Assembly: GCF_037042905.1 (NCBI RefSeq)
Contig: NC_087251.1
Span: forward strand, 21,268,001 to 21,332,000
DNA length: 64,000 nucleotides
Direction of reading: 5' to 3'
Origin: Lytechinus pictus
Taxonomy: Eukaryota
Shown: positions 24,644-39,124 of the stretch, piece after piece
How positions within the stretch are numbered: position 1 is the first letter of the stretch
How the letters are laid out: each line of letters opens with the position of its first letter
Notes under the pieces: model-generated
The model's database searches: none
Told to the model about the DNA's origin: nothing
What the model saw: only the letters and a program-made list of their open reading frames with translations
Program-made: the position numbers and the translations under genes

Positions 24644-26875
24644 GAATTTGACGTGTCCAAAGGACACAGATGCCCCCGCTTAACGCAATCAGAAATTCAT
24701 TCAATATGATTGAACTTAATATCGTGCAGAAACCAATATGTATATTTATAATGAACAATTTAGACTTTTGACCTAAAGACTCACCCTTTCCATAATAATC
24801 TCTGACAGAAGATATGACAGTCAGGTCATTTGATGTGACCTGACTGTATTTTGGTGTCATCTACTCAGACACCAAACATTTTTAATATCTGGTGAATACT
24901 TCCAAAGTTATCTTGCAGAAACCAACTCGTATATACAGTGCGTCCCACAAAAAACGAAACCAAGATTTATCGATGATTTATCATAACTTAATCACAAATA
25001 CAATAGACAAATGACCTACCATTTTAAAGCTTAGAATCTCCTCTTTCATCTGGTATTACTTAGATAATTCCTCATTCACGCATGAGCGAGCAAAAACAAT
25101 TTGAAGAAAGGATACCAAAAACTCATTTGGTGGGCCGTATCTGGGTTTTAAAAAGAAAACCACATGACTAAAAAGTTCAATATCTGCTCTTTAATTTGAT
25201 ACCTCAATTGCAGAAAATGGTCAAGAAATAACAAAGTTCTGGTTATTTGAAATAAGGCTTGAATTTCAATAATTTCATAAAATGAAGAGGTTTTACAGGC
25301 TAGCGTTCAAACTCACTCGACATTCCGTTTTGTTGACGATCAGCCATGCATTAAGTCTTTTGTTACCATGCTATAGCTTCTGTGGCAAACCGGTGAAAAC
25401 ATGTTTATTTAATGAAATTATGGAAATACAAGCATTGTTTGGAGGGATCATAACTTTTTTACTTCTTGACCATTTTTTGTGATTAAGGTATCAAAGAAAA
25501 GAGCAGATATTGAACTTTTTAGTCATGTGATTTTCTTTTTGAAATTCAGATACCCCCCGCCAAATGAGTTTTTGGTATCCTTTCTTCAAATTGTTTTTGC
25601 TCACTCATGCGTGAATGAGGAATTATCTAAGTAATATCAGATGAAAGAGGAGATTCTAAGCTTTACATTGGTAGGTAATTTGTCTATTTTATTTATGATT
25701 AAGTTATGATAAATCATCGCTAAATCTCGGTTTTGTTTTTTCTGGGACGCACTGTATAATGAGCTGTGACCTTCGACCTGCAAACTCTGAGTTCGAACTT
25801 AGCCTGTATTTTGGTGTCATCTATCTACACACCAAATTTTTTTTAATCCGTTGAATATTTCATAAGTTATCATGCGGAAACCAACTCGCATATTTAATGA
25901 GCTGAGACCTTTGATCTTCGGACTCCGAATTCGAACTTAGCATGTATTTTGGTGTCATCTACCTACACACCCAATTTTTAAAAAATTTCATAAGTTATCA
26001 TGCGGAAATCAACTTGCATATTTAATGAGCTGTGACCTTTGACCTGTGGACTCCGAATTCGAACATAGCCTGTATTTTGGTGTCATCTACCTACACACCC
26101 AATTTTTTAAAAATCTGTTGAATATTTCATAAGTTATCATGCGGAAACCAACTCGCATATTTAATGAGCTGAGACCTTTGATCTTCGTACTCCGAATTCG
26201 AACTTAGCATGTATTTTTGTGTCATCTACCTACACACCCAAATTTTTTTTAATCTGTTGAATATTTCATAATTTATCATGCCGAAACCAACTTGCTTATT
26301 TAATGAGCTATGACCTTTGACCTGCGGACTCCGAATTCGAACTTAGCCTGTATTTTGGTGTCATCTACCTACACACCAATTTTTTTTTAATCTGTTAAAT
26401 ATTTCATAAGTTATCATGCAGAAACCAACTCGCATATTCAATGAGCTGTGACCTTTGACCTGCAGACTCCGAATTCGAACTTAGCCTGTATATTGGTGAC
26501 ATCTACCTACACACCTAAAAAAAAATTTATCTGTTGAATATTTCATAAGTTATCATGCAGAAACCAACTCGCATATTTAATGAGCTGTGACCTTTGACCT
26601 GTGGACTCCGAATTCGAACTTAGCCTGTATGTTGGTGTCATCTACCTACACACCAAAAAAAATTTTAATCCGTTGAATATTTCATAAGTTATCATGCGGA
26701 AACCAACTCGCATATTAATGAGCTGTGACCTTTGACCTGCGGACTCTGAATTCAAACTTAGCCTGTATTCAGGTGTCATCTACCTACACACCAAAAAAAA
26801 ATCCATTAAATATTTTTTGAGTTATTGCGCGGAAACCAAGTGGGGGGACATACGGACTTCATCTGCGGAGGCAAA
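24644..26875. mobile_element. Helentron/pearl-type element, family D, with ~139 bp tandem units, interrupted by a MITE
   Basis: CTCCGAATTCGAACTTAGCCTGTATTTTGGTGTCATCTAC repeats 8 times from 25785 to 26790. Subterminal GCCCCCGC/GCGGAGGC. Confidence 0.75.
24936..25754. mobile_element. Tc1/mariner-like foldback MITE (TA TSD)
   Basis: TA|CAGTGCGTCCCA...TGGGACGCACTG|TA, with ~340 bp TIRs. Confidence 0.92.
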
Positions 26876-27159
26876 AAAAGACGCCATTCGTCAATTCACA
26901 TCTGTCCAAAGAGCAGCCCAAAACACAGATCAAGTATTTTCATTATGGACACAGGACTAATTCAAATGTATCTTGCAGCATTAACTGAACTAGATTTTAA
27001 ACAATCAATGTGGACATTCTGAACTATAGTGAATGAATGATTCCGAGCAATTCATATATATATTCATTTCACATTTCTTTCATCTAAATGAATTGCACTG
27101 CTGGTTGTAAGTGCTCAATCAATCAATAAATGTTTTGTTCATGTGGAAGTGATTTGTAA

Positions 27160-27262
27160 TGTAGGAAGTGTTGTGGTTAGTGTTTCTGGCTCTTGCCTTG
27201 GCAAAGCTGTCAATTCACACTTTGTCACTCTTCACCTACATGTAGGTGCTAAATGGGTACTC
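27160..27262 (+). mobile_element. Degenerate SINE fragment
   Basis: Approximate reverse complement of the 10465-10521 core. Confidence 0.45.
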
Positions 27263-27727
27263 TTTAGGATGCCAAACCTAATTACATTTAATCATATTTG
27301 TAAGATTTTTTTCCAATCAGAATGTAGATCCCTCATTTTATAAAAAAAAATAATACCATGATAATCAGATATCTAAAAAATTGATACTTTCTAACTTAAT
27401 AAAGTAAAGAGTAATAGTAGGCATATATCATCCATATGATATCATGTTAATGATTGAATACTTTCAGTTTAGTATACATTTAAAATTGTATAGAATATAT
27501 ATTTAACAAAACTTACATTTGACTCCCATACCAAGGGATTTCACAAGAATGCATTTTTACACTGTAGAGTAGTAGCATACATGTCAATATTGTTATCGTT
27601 ATTTCTTCCATTACAGTGTTGCCAACCATTCAGTTTTTTAAGTTTGTATTTCGCAGAAAAAAATCAACGTTTAGAGTTTGGGATTTTGTGTATTAGTGTG
27701 TCAATTATTAATGTTATCATTATTTTA

Positions 27728-27759
27728 TTATATATATATATATATAAATATATATATAT

Positions 27760-27805
<46 letters not shown>

Positions 27806-27816
27806 TATATATATAT

Positions 27817-27855
<39 letters not shown>

Positions 27856-27865
27856 TATATATATC
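27728..27865. repeat. Compound (TA)n microsatellite with internal duplication
   Basis: Two copies of TAAA(TA)nCATG(TA)n. Confidence 0.95.
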
Positions 27866-28211
27866 CATTTATATATATTCTGGTTGAGCAAATCATAACA
27901 CATGCAGGTGCAGTAATTCCTGAGGCTGAATTTTCTCTCAAGGTGTATGCACACCAGATTGCACAATTGTAAGTCCAAAAATGCCCAAAGCTCCCTATCG
28001 TGGAATTGGGGAAATCCCCCTCCCATACCCATCCCCTCTCCCCCCCCCCCCCTCGGTCACTCTGATCCCTTGGGCTTGGTCGCTTCACTTCCTTGAAATA
28101 ATTGTTTTCTGCATTTCAAATGTTGGCAAGTCTGCCATTATTATCGTCATCGATCATCATTATCAATGGTTAATGGATTGGAGCCCAAACATAGAAAATT
28201 ACTTCGGTTAC

Positions 28212-28335
28212 CTGCAGCTAATGCTCTTTCCACACATTCTCGTAAGTGTAGCTGCTGCTTTGCACACACTCCAGTTATATCTCTTGGGAGGACATTTCCT
28301 TCATTGTCCACAAACTGGCTAAGTATCAGAACATC
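28212..28335 (-). CDS. MRPS18A: MRPS18A coding exon 4 (DVLILSQFVDNEGNVLPRDITGVCAKQQLHLRECVERALAA; S18 domain)
   Basis: aacag|GAT...GCAG|gtaacc, 124 nt, phase 0/1. DVL.LSQF...G..LPR.ITG.C signature. Confidence 0.95.
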
Positions 28336-30313
28336 CTGTTCAGATTCAATGAAATGATGAAGATGATCACAAAATGGGTTACACAGCATGAAAATTATTT
28401 TAATTATATTTTTCACTCGTGTTCATTACTTTTTTCAAATGAATAGGCCAAGTCTTTAAAAGATTTTTTATGGGGGGGGGGGGGGTGTAAGATGCAATAG
28501 CCATGGTATATTGAACACATAAAAGCAATCATCTTTTAATATTAAAGAAACATACATGTATTTCATATAAAACAAAATATGAACAGTCAGACCACAGGTC
28601 TCAGCATGATTCATCCAAATCCTCTTGTGGCTAAATCAGCCTAAATACGAAATCTTGTGAATTGCATGAATCTTTCCTCAAAGAATTTAAGGACGTTCCA
28701 ATATGTCTGTGCGCATCATGATCTGCGCATGTGTAATGCTAAGCACATTTCAGTCACAATGAATGAACAGCTTATTATGCTGTTATTGGTAACAGTTGAT
28801 TTTTTATGTTACCTGCACTCCAAATGCACGCACATCTGATTTTGTGAAGCTAATTAGCTGAAAATAATCCATTAACCCAATTTTTAAATGCCTCTCAACT
28901 TCAGAGTACTTTACTTCGCAGTGTTGCAAAGTATAATGAATATAACAAGTTTGAATGGCAGAGGGGGGCTTGGAGTTTTTCCTCATCTACTACGCCTTGG
29001 CACATTTTTGGTGTTTTTGTTCTTACGTAACTGATACTATACAAACAAGCACATGAACCCCCATTTTTATATCTTAATGCACCTCTCTAGTATACTTTCT
29101 GAGGCTTCCTCTACAACTTTGCAAATTATGGTGAAAACAAAAGCACAACATTCATTGTATTTTACAATTTTGTTAGAAAATTTCAAGATTCTTTCTATTT
29201 TTCACACCATTATTTGAATTGAAGGTGCTACTATCCTTAAAGAGCAAATGAGTAGCAATATGAATGGACTCTCCATCTTAAGTCCTGTACAGACAATCAT
29301 TTTAACAACATGTACATGTATACTGTAAGTTTGATGTGTGACTCAATGTTGTGATCCTACATGTACATCTACAGGTGCCAAATTCTTTTGATTGAGTAGA
29401 CCTTGACAGCTTTCAATTGGGTGAATTTTAAAGCTCGAGAGCAAGAAATCATGAATATGACCCATGTTATTTTTTTGCAAACTTGGAGTTTATCAGCACT
29501 AAACTGTGCAAAAGTTGGTAAAAATAACATTGATTTCATTTTAAATGCGGAACGTCTTTAACCACTTTTTTTCTCAAGCAACACTGAAAAGATTATGTGA
29601 CACTTTCTTGGTCATGCTTTTGTACAAAATAGTTTGATAAATTAAATAATTTCAGGCATTAAGAGATGCCTCAAATAGTGTTCTTCCCCTGTTTTCTCTT
29701 GATAATTGTGCAAAACTTTTTATTTCAAGCCTAAATAATACTTGTTATATCATCATAAAGTTGAAAAAAAAGTCTGTACTTTGAGCACAACGTCACTCTT
29801 GGATATGTGGCACCTTTTAATCGGGTCAAGATCACTCTTTTCCAACCAAGGTACAAAACCAGGATTCTAAAATTTCTGAGTAGTATGAAATCTAGAGTTC
29901 TGATTGGCTGAATAAGGTTTCAAAACAACCGGCGTGGGTAATTTGAAGAGAAATCAACACATGGGGAGTGTGACATTTGAGGGGCTACAGCATAGAAATG
30001 TTGGGTAGGTGTATCATTTGTTTGACCAATCAAAGTGCAGTATTCTTTTTCAAGGAACTAAATATAACTGGCCTGGGAAACGTGTGATCTTGACCTCATA
30101 ACAAAAACAATCCTTCTTTTGAAACCAATACCATTTTAAGGCATACATGTAGATCTTTGATCAGTCTAAAAATCATTTGGGCTCAAACAAATATAATTAA
30201 AGTGACAGAACAACTTTTGTCTAGCCACTCAGATGAAAATAATAATTTTTTTTAATAATCATTTTCACATCAAAATTTTCACCTCTGTAATGTTTTAGGC
30301 CTAAATATATTAA

Positions 30314-30553
30314 ACTAGAGTGTTGCTAAGGCGAACACATAATACACCCAATGGAGTTATTCGTCAAGCAAAAAAAGTGGAAGGTGGCGACTTCACCTTT
30401 GAACTTCTGATCTCAAAACTGAAGTTATCACGTTTACAAGTAAACGGATGGACAGACAGACGTACGGATGGATGGACAGACGTACGGATGGATGGACAGA
30501 CGGACGGGCACTGAGTGTGATACCATAATACGTCCTGTCTACGACGGGTATAT
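30314..30553. mobile_element. Short internally deleted family B element with GGAC/GGAT microsatellite
   Basis: Family B termini and a tetranucleotide tract at 30445-30508. Confidence 0.75.
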
Positions 30554-30715
30554 AACTAGGACGGGCTTATAAAGATTCTTCTTGGTTAAAATGAAACCAA
30601 AAACATGAAATCTGATAAATATTTAGAGCAGCAATGACCAAATTAGAAGAGACCTGTGCTTTTGTCCGCAGTCAGCACATTAAATATGCAAAACTTTTCT
30701 AGTCTTAAATATCAC

Positions 30716-30746
<31 letters not shown>

Positions 30747-30891
30747 ACAAGTACTTATATAGCGCTTTACCAAAAATATGATCAAAGCACTTTACAATAA
30801 ATAAATAATAATACACTTGGATGAAAGAACCTATGTTTTGACTGCCTGCTGAATGATTGAACTGTATTTAAGGTGAAGAGATGATCATTAA

Positions 30892-31825
30892 AGGTCAAGT
30901 CCACCCCAGAAAATTGTTAGTTCGAATCAATAGAGAAAAATCAAACAAAGAACACTGCAAATTTCATCGAAATCAGATGTAAAATAAGAAATATATGACA
31001 TTTTTAAGTTTCGCTTATTTTTCAACAAGGCAAAAGCAATTTTGTGTCTCGCCCACTTATGAAAATAACCAGAAATATCGTGATTTGCGAGAGCACGCAA
31101 GATAATTATATCGAAACTTCATTGTGAAATGACTGGGATGGAATAACACTTGTCATGAGAGCCTTGCACATAAACTTTAATGTTGACCTGAAAATGACCT
31201 TTGACCTTACCATGTGACCTCAGACTGCAGCATTACATGCAGGTCCCCCAAGTCCATCTACCATCCAAGTTTGGTTGAAAAGCGACTTACGGTTGTGGAG
31301 TTATGTGTCATTATAGGTTTGTGACGGACGGACGACATTTGGATCCCTAAGTCTCGCCTTCACCTCTGGTGGGCGAGACAAAAACCAGTTAAATGCACAA
31401 CTCAGCAATATGCAAATGAGAGTCGATGATGCCCTTCACTCACTATTTCTTTTGTTCCTTATTGTTTGAATTATACAATATTTCATTTTTTACAGATTTG
31501 ACAATAAGGACCAACATGACTTAACCATAAACTGTTAAGATAATGGTAATTCCACATGTTCAGGGAGGAATAAAATTTAGTTTCACATGACAAGGAGAAA
31601 ATAAAAAATTTTCATATTTCATATAATAAAATACAAAAGAAATAGTGAGTGGGAGACGTAATCGTTTTGCCAATTTGCATACCGACCAGGATGTGCATAT
31701 GAACTGTTTTGTGAAATTAAGCGAAACTTTAAAATTTCATAACTTTTGTATTTTTCATCTGATTTTGATGAAATTTTCAGCGTTATGCTATTCAAGTCAA
31801 CTTTTTGTTGGGGTGGACTTGTCTT
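30892..31825. mobile_element. Kolobok-like MITE (TTAA TSD) containing a nested insertion
   Basis: TTAA|AGGTCAAGTCCACCCC...GGGGTGGACTTGTCTT|TTAA. Confidence 0.85.
31025..31382. mobile_element. Helentron/pearl-type element, family E (single unit)
   Basis: Subterminal IR TGTCTCGCCCAC/GTGGGCGAGACA, GACG microsatellite and terminal stem-loop. Absent from the sister MITE at ~1020. Confidence 0.8.
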
Positions 31826-32033
31826 TTAAGTGCTTTCTTAAAGGGTTCAACTGCTGCCTTGGTTATGATATATGTGAAATTGGTATCATATTCATCAGAT
31901 TTATAAAGGGATCTCACTTTTCACAAAACATGAGGTTTCATGATCTAATCTTTCATGACAATGCATTCAATCTTTGAAAATTAGTATTCTTTGGAGTTAT
32001 CCAAAGTATTACTATACTGTAATTTAAACTTAC

Positions 32034-32135
32034 CTTGTAGGTGATGTGAAGGTTTCGACTGCATATTGGGCAAGCACCATGTGGGTTATCTATTGGGGAG
32101 TAACTATTCCCTGCTTCTTCATAGGATGCTTCAAT
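32034..32135 (-). CDS. MRPS18A: MRPS18A coding exon 3 (IEASYEEAGNSYSPIDNPHGACPICSRNLHITYK)
   Basis: ttttaatag|ATT...AAG|gtaagt, 102 nt, phase 0/0. NP.G.CPIC zinc motif. Confidence 0.93.
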
Positions 32136-32387
32136 CTATTAAAAAAAAAAGGAAATTGAATTCACAAATCCCTTATACTGAGTGCATTCCCAGACACAAT
32201 TTTTAAATACATGTATGGCCAAATTTATGCATACAAATTAAGTTAACCACACAAAAGAAATTAGTCACAAATAAAACAAAAGGACTTACAACTCAAATGA
32301 TTGAGAAATACAATGATAATCATAATGGTGGAAACTTATAAAGCACACAGGTCCACCTTTGGTGCCCATGGTGCTTCCAGAAACAAT

Positions 32388-33556
32388 ACAAGTGGAATGC
32401 CTCTGGTGGTCTCACCTGCATCACGCGATTCAATAAAGCAGCAGCACTGACTTTGAAAACTACTATAAAATTATTCACAAAAAACACCATTTATACAATG
32501 ATACAATAATACGTTCATTGACATTTTACCTTGATCATGTGACCTAAAACTTGTCAGTGATACTTGATTACCCCTATATCCACATTTTATACACTACATC
32601 TCTAAACTTTGAAAGTTATGACATCAATCTAATAATTACCTCTATAATGGCCAAAGTTCAAATACCTTAAATGACCTTTGACCTTGATCATGTAACCTGA
32701 AACTCGCACAGGATTTTTAGTGATACTTGATTACTCTTATGTCCAAGTTTCATGAGTCAGATCCATAAACTTTCAAAGTTATGATGGTAATGAAACAGAC
32801 ACCCCCATTATGGCCAAAGTTCATAGATCTTTGACCTTGGTCATGTGACCTGAAGTGTGCACAGGATGTTCAGTGATACCTGATTACTCTTATGTCCAAG
32901 TTTTATGAACTAGACCAATGTACTTTCAAAGTTATGATGGTAATTCAACAAATACCCCCAATTTGGCCAAAGTTCATTGACCCTAAATGACCTTTGACCT
33001 TAATCATGTGACCTGAAACTTAAACAGGATGTTCAGTGATACTGGATTACTATTATCTCCAAGTTTCATGAATCAGATTCATAAACTTTCAAAGTTATGA
33101 TGGTAATTCAACAAATACCCCCAATTCGGCCAAAGTTCATTGACCTTAAATGACCTTGGTCATGTGACATGAAACTCATGCAGGATGTTCAGTAATACTT
33201 GATTAACCTTATGCTTAAGTTTCATGAACTAAGTCCATATATTTTAAGTTATGAAGACATTTCAAAAACTTAACCTTAGGTTAAGATTTTGATGTTGATT
33301 CCCCCAACATGGCCTAAGTTCATTGACCCTAAATGACCTTTGGCTTTGACCTTGGTCATGTGGCATGAAACTCAGGCAGGATGTTCAGTAATACTTGATT
33401 AACCTTATGGCCAGGTTTCATGAACTAGGTCCATATACTTTCTAAGTTATGCTGCCATTTCAAAAACTTAACCTTAAGATTTGGTGTTGACGCCATCACC
33501 GCCGTCGCTGTCGGAAAAGCGGCACCTAAGTCTCGCTCTGCTATGCAGGTGAGACA
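32388..33556. mobile_element. Helentron/pearl-type element, family A
   Basis: Family A termini and units. Confidence 0.8.
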
Positions 33557-33619
33557 AAAAGCAAATGAAATGTAGAATTTGAATTTTCCTGAATAAACAC
33601 ACTATTAAACTCTTAATGG

Positions 33620-34025
33620 GAGAACAAATAAGTTATCAGTTGGGACTTGAATATTTCTGTTGACGAAATTTGGTGTAATTGGATAGGCAATCGATTCCAT
33701 AGCTTTGGTCCTATAACAGAAAATGCATGGTCCCCCATTTGTGTTTTGTTCTGGGTGTCTGGAGCAATAGAGCACCGGATGATGAGCAGAGACTATGTGA
33801 AGGCTGGTATTTTCAATAGAGCTGCGGAGATATGTGAGGAAGAGAGAATAAATTGAATGATGTATTAGTAAAAGAATTTTGAAGGTGATTCTTTTATCAA
33901 CAGGCAGCCAATGTAAGGACTGGAGGATTGGCGAGATAGAGTCATACTTTTTAGTGTAGGTTAGGAGACAGGCAGCAGAGTTTTGTAGACGTTGAAGTTT
34001 TGTCAAATCTTTTTGTGGGAGGTCA
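33620..34025 (-). mobile_element. L2/CR1-group LINE ORF2 C-terminal fragment
   Basis: KLQRLQNSAA...ISPILQSLHWLPV..RI.FKILLL motif. Confidence 0.88.
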
Positions 34026-34136
34026 TATGTTGTTTATGCAACTCTAGACATTTCTTATGCACCTACAATTAACATACGAGCAATGCAGCCAGAGTGAAGG
34101 TAGTCTAGATCTAGACGTTAGTAGTTATTTATACTA

Positions 34137-36398
34137 ACAAGAGTGTCGCTAAGGCGAGCACATAATACGCCTGCCTGTAAAGCGGAAAATGGAGTTATTG
34201 GTCAAACAAGAAAAGTGGAAGGTTGCGACTTCACCTTTGACCTTCTGACCTCAAAATCAATAGAATTGCTGATATCTATGCTAGTATCATACACACCATA
34301 TTATATGAGCCTAGATTAAGTTAAACTGAAGTTATCGCATTTACAAGGACTGCAGAAGGGTAAGATGAAAACATGTGAGTGTGATCTTGACCTTTGACCT
34401 TTTGACCTCAAAATCAATAGGCTTCCTGGGATCAATGCTAGTATCATACACACCAAATTATATGAGCTTAGGTTAAGTTAAACTGCTTTTATCGCATTTA
34501 CAAGTACTGCAGAAGGGTAAGGTGATAACATGTCACTGTGAGCTTGACCTTTGGACCTCAAAATCAAAAGGCTTCCTGGGATCTATGCTAGTTCATACAC
34601 ACCAAATTATATGAGCCTAGATTAAGTTTAACTGAAGTTATCGCATTTACAAGGACTGCAGAAGGGTAAGATGAAAACATGTCAGTGTGACCTTGACCTT
34701 TGACCTTTTGACCTGAAAATCGATAGGCTTCCTGGGATCTATGCTAGTATCATACACACCAAATTAGCTTAGGTCAAGTTAAACTCAAGTTATCGCGTTT
34801 ACAAGGACTGCAGAACGGTAAGGTGATAACATGTCACTGTGACCTTGACCTTTTGACCTCAAAATCAATAAGGTTCCTGGGATCTATGCTGGTATCATAC
34901 ACACCAAATTATATGAGTCTAGATTAAGTTAAACTGAAGTTATCGCATTTTCAAGGACTGCAGAAGGGTAAGATGAAAACATGTCAGTGTGACCTTGACC
35001 TTTTGACCTCAAAATCAAAAGTCTTCCTGGGATCCATGCTAGTATCATACATACCAAATTATATGAGCCTAGATTAAGTTACATGTAAACTGAAGTTATC
35101 GCGTTTACAAGGACTGCAAAAGGGTAAGATGAAAACATGTCAGTGTGTCAGGAAAGAAATTTAATTATAAAATGTTTCAGTTTAAACATGTGTTCAACAT
35201 ATTTACTTGTCCAGGAGACCACCCCCCCCCCCCTTTAGAATACAAGTGTACCAGGTTGATGCCATATTTCGTATTAGGTATACTATAAGCATTTTCATAC
35301 AGGTGTCATAAATAGCCAATACAGTGCTCTAGCATTTATAAATGTAGTTGACAGATGCACAGGAAGTGTCTTTTATTAATAAGAATGTGTTGCTTTATGC
35401 ACATCTGTTATTTGAAATTCTTTGAATTACTTTATAGAAGTTTTACAGTTAGTCCTAGTAACGGTAGGGTATATTAGGAGGTTAATTTAAGTAATTCAGA
35501 GAGAACTCCCTAAGCTAGAATAGACTACAGATGTTCGTATAGGCAGTCTAAGTTAAAACTGAGGGACTACGTCGGTGACGAGATAACGACCCCAGCTGCC
35601 ACCGGTTCTCCACCGACATGATTCGACACAATTCATGTCATCATTGGGGGCTCGATCTCGTCCACTAATTCGTTGAAGCCACATCTTTGATCTGAGGGCT
35701 ACTCATCGAGGGGCAATATAGTCTGCGGAGGCCGAGGCCGAGTGGAAGAGACATCGCTAGCTGCGGAGGCCAGGAACTGGACCGACCACCAGGGCCGAGT
35801 GGGGCATGTCAGGCCAGATGAGATGATGGGGGCTAGAATCAACGATTACCGTTAAGTTAAGTTGTATTTTGTTATATCTGTGTATATTTTCATGTACAAA
35901 TTATTGTAAAACCATCAAAAGAGAACATCAGAAAGATTGAAGAGATATGATTAAACCTTTTTAATAACTGTATTCATCAGTTCTACGTATTCTTTATTTG
36001 GTGTCAAGCAGCAGTAAGTAAATAATTAAAAAAAAGTCACTTCCCACGTGACACAGTGTGACTTTGAACTTTTTACCTTTTTACCTCAAAATCAATGGGC
36101 TTCCTGGGATCTATGCTAGTATCATACACACCAAATTTTATGAGCCGAGGATAAGTTAAACTGAAGTTATCCCGTTTACATGACTGCAGAAGGGTAAGAG
36201 GAAAATAGGTCACTGTGATCTTGACCTTTGGACCTCAAAATCAATAGGCTTCCTGGGATCCATGCTAGTATCATACACACCAAATTATATGAGCCTAGGT
36301 TAAGTCAAACTGAAGTTATCGCGTTTACAAGGAAAAGTTAACGGACGGATGGACACCGAGCGTGATACCATAATACGTCCCGTCTAGACGGGCGTATA
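34137..36398. mobile_element. Helentron/pearl-type element, family B, interrupted by a solo LTR
   Basis: About eight ~150 bp units. Ends ATACGTCCCGTCTAGACGGGCGTATA. Confidence 0.82.
35146..36053. mobile_element. Solo LTR (908 bp)
   Basis: TGTCA...TGACA termini and a 5-bp TSD CAGTG (35141-35145, 36054-36058). The host repeat unit resumes exactly. Confidence 0.85.
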
Positions 36399-36732
36399 AG
36401 AACTCTACTCTCTTATTATACACACCAATTTACTAGTCCTCCCACTTTTCACCTTCTTTGAGAGGACAAGTATATTGGTGTGTATATATGCAATGGACAA
36501 GTGTAGGATTTTTCAAACAAATAGCTAATAAAGACCGAGATAATTAGACTAGACTGAAGCCTGAACTAGACTTTATTTTGAACTGGGCATTATTCACGCA
36601 GGGATGATGTTGTACATGTCACTGTTTTGGGATGTTTGCATTAAACTTTGAGGTTGGCCACATAAGTGAATTGAGAGCGCCTTCAAAGCTCAATTAGATC
36701 TACACACGCATACACATTGGTCATGGTCTCAC

Positions 36733-36764
36733 CTTTATTGTATCTCCGACCGTCTCTTCCGTAA
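36733..36764 (-). CDS. MRPS18A: MRPS18A coding exon 2 (32 nt, (V)TEETVGDTIK)
   Basis: ttttgtacag|TT...AAG|gtgaga, phase 1/0. Resembles human VVETQEGKTTI (recalled). Confidence 0.85.
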
Positions 36765-37338
36765 CTGTACAAAACAAAACAGACAAAAATTTTATGTCAT
36801 AATCTGTCTTACAATTACCTCTAAATCAGGCATCTGATCAATAGACTGCAGGCACACATGTGCCATTCTTTGCAAATTTTATGTGATTAAAATTATGACA
36901 AATCTTGACTTAAATTAGTTATAACTCTCTGGGTTAGCCCACTCAAGGGTTTATTACATGCCACCACGCACAGAAAAATCAAGCCATAGATGTCGTGTGT
37001 TGTGGACGCCAGAAGTGGCGTCGCAGCAGGCGCGACCCACTAGTTAGAAATCCACTGCCAAACACGGTTCTTGGTGCGAGGTTAGTATACTAATACTAAA
37101 ATCGCCTAAGTGTGAGAGGCCCTAGCCAAGGGCTGGCTAACCTAAATTAACATTAACCCTAGGCTAAATAAATCAATCCCACGATCATCTGCTAACTGGT
37201 CGCATTTCATAAGCTGGGTATGCAAAAAGGGTGGTGGAAGAACAATTTTCCACACGGTGCCATGGATAAATTATTGCTACATCACAGCATCTTGACCAAA
37301 TTTATTAAGTAAGATCTCACTTTGAAGCTAGAACTAGG

Positions 37339-38608
37339 CAGGGTGCAACAAACCCGCTTGCCCGGGGCAAGTGAAAATGACGTGCGGGCAAGCATTTTTC
37401 AAAATCAATTGCCCGATCGGGCAAGTGGTTGTTTTGAAAATAAAATAATAAAATATCAGTAGACCATCTAAATTTCAATATCTTTTGGATAATCACAACT
37501 ATCTCTCATATTAAGTCAAACCAGTAAAAAGAACAGTGGAAACTGATATAAAATCAGCGCCAATTACCAATAATCTATTGCCAGGTACCTCGTTCAAAAA
37601 ACCGTGCCATTGCATCTTACGTTCTATGTGTGCAATTACTGCGCATGCGCTACTATCTTGCGCAATTTGCCGATGCAAACCCAAAAAACCCACCAAAAGT
37701 GGCTAAAATTTCACATTTTGCAAAAATCAATGAAATGGCCATCTATTTTCCATATTACCTTGAAATTGTTTTGATTTAGTTGGAAACTGCCGAAAAAAAT
37801 GAAGATTATTCAGCTCTTTCTTGACTCTCTTTCTTGACTCTGATTGATGATGATGCTTACACTCGGTAAATGTTTTTTGTTATTGTGGTACCACATGTAG
37901 ACTTTCATGTTGCATGAAAAAAAAACATGAAAGTCTACATGTGGGACTACAATAAAAAAAATACTGACCGAGTGTTATATCATAAAATGAAGAAAAGACA
38001 AGAGAGAGGTGAATATTCTTAATTTTCTTGATAGTTTCCAACTAATTAGAAAAAAATAAAATTCAAGGAAATATGGAAAATAAATGACCATTTCATGGAT
38101 TTAAAGATGCAAAATGTGAAATTTAGCCACTCCACTTTTTTTTTTTTTCTCATCATAAAACGATCTTTTTCAGAGTCAATAAAGAGCTGAATATTTTTCA
38201 CTGGCTTTGTTTATAGTTTCCAACTAAATCAAAACAATTATAAGGAAATTTGGCAAACAGATTAACATTCCGTGGATTTAAAGATGCAAAATATGAAATT
38301 TTAGCAACTTTTGGTTAAGGTTTTTTATTAAACTTAAACGCCCATTTATAAATAGCGAAAGGTTTTTTTCAAAATAAATGTAATGACTCAGGCCTACCTT
38401 GCTGAATAAACTTTTAAATGTGTGTTCTATTATACTATACATGATTCTCAATTGTTGTTATTTTGTATGACCTTTAAAAATAATAGTAGTGCCGTCATAA
38501 TAAAATTATAAAACAAATTGGGCAAGCAGTTTTTTCTATCGGGTAAGCAAATTTTTTCATCACTTGCCCGACAGGGCAAGTGACAATAAAATTTTTTGTA
38601 GAGACCTG
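37339..38608. mobile_element. hAT-like non-autonomous element
   Basis: CAGG...CCTG imperfect TIRs, subterminal CTTGCCCG..GGGCAAG palindromes at both ends, and CTAGG on both flanks. Confidence 0.6.
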
Positions 38609-39124
38609 CTAGGCTAAATGTCTTATTATAAATTAGATTACAATATCGGGAACAAAAACTATAGCACATTAAGTTTGAAGTAACAGGGGTGGCGGAGCTA
38701 GTGGATGCGGTGAATGATAGAATGTTAATTAAACTTAATTAACAACTTAATATAATATGTAATAAGACAGTCAGCCTCATATTTCTAGGCAGCTTAAAAG
38801 CTGGGAACAAATAAATGTTATAAAAATTTGACAATTTTGAAAATATGCAGGAATAAAATACATGTGTATGTCGGCTCTGATCTGCAACCTAATCAATGAG
38901 TAAACTGGAGAAATTTTGTTAATTATCTGATTTGTAATCTTAATTTTTAGTACAAATGTTGTGTATCATTGCAACAAACATTCCTACCAATGCCAAGCAT
39001 ATAAAAAGTGACAGGTATTTGGGGCAAAAATGCAAAATTAAATATTGTTAATTTATTATTGTAACTAATATGCATACAATAACAGATTTAATCTTGATGT
39101 TACAAGATTAAAACTGCAAAATAC

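Noticed and set aside
27581..28088. YI/IY-repeat ORFs (also 20811-21026)
   Set aside because: Translations of (TA)n microsatellites.
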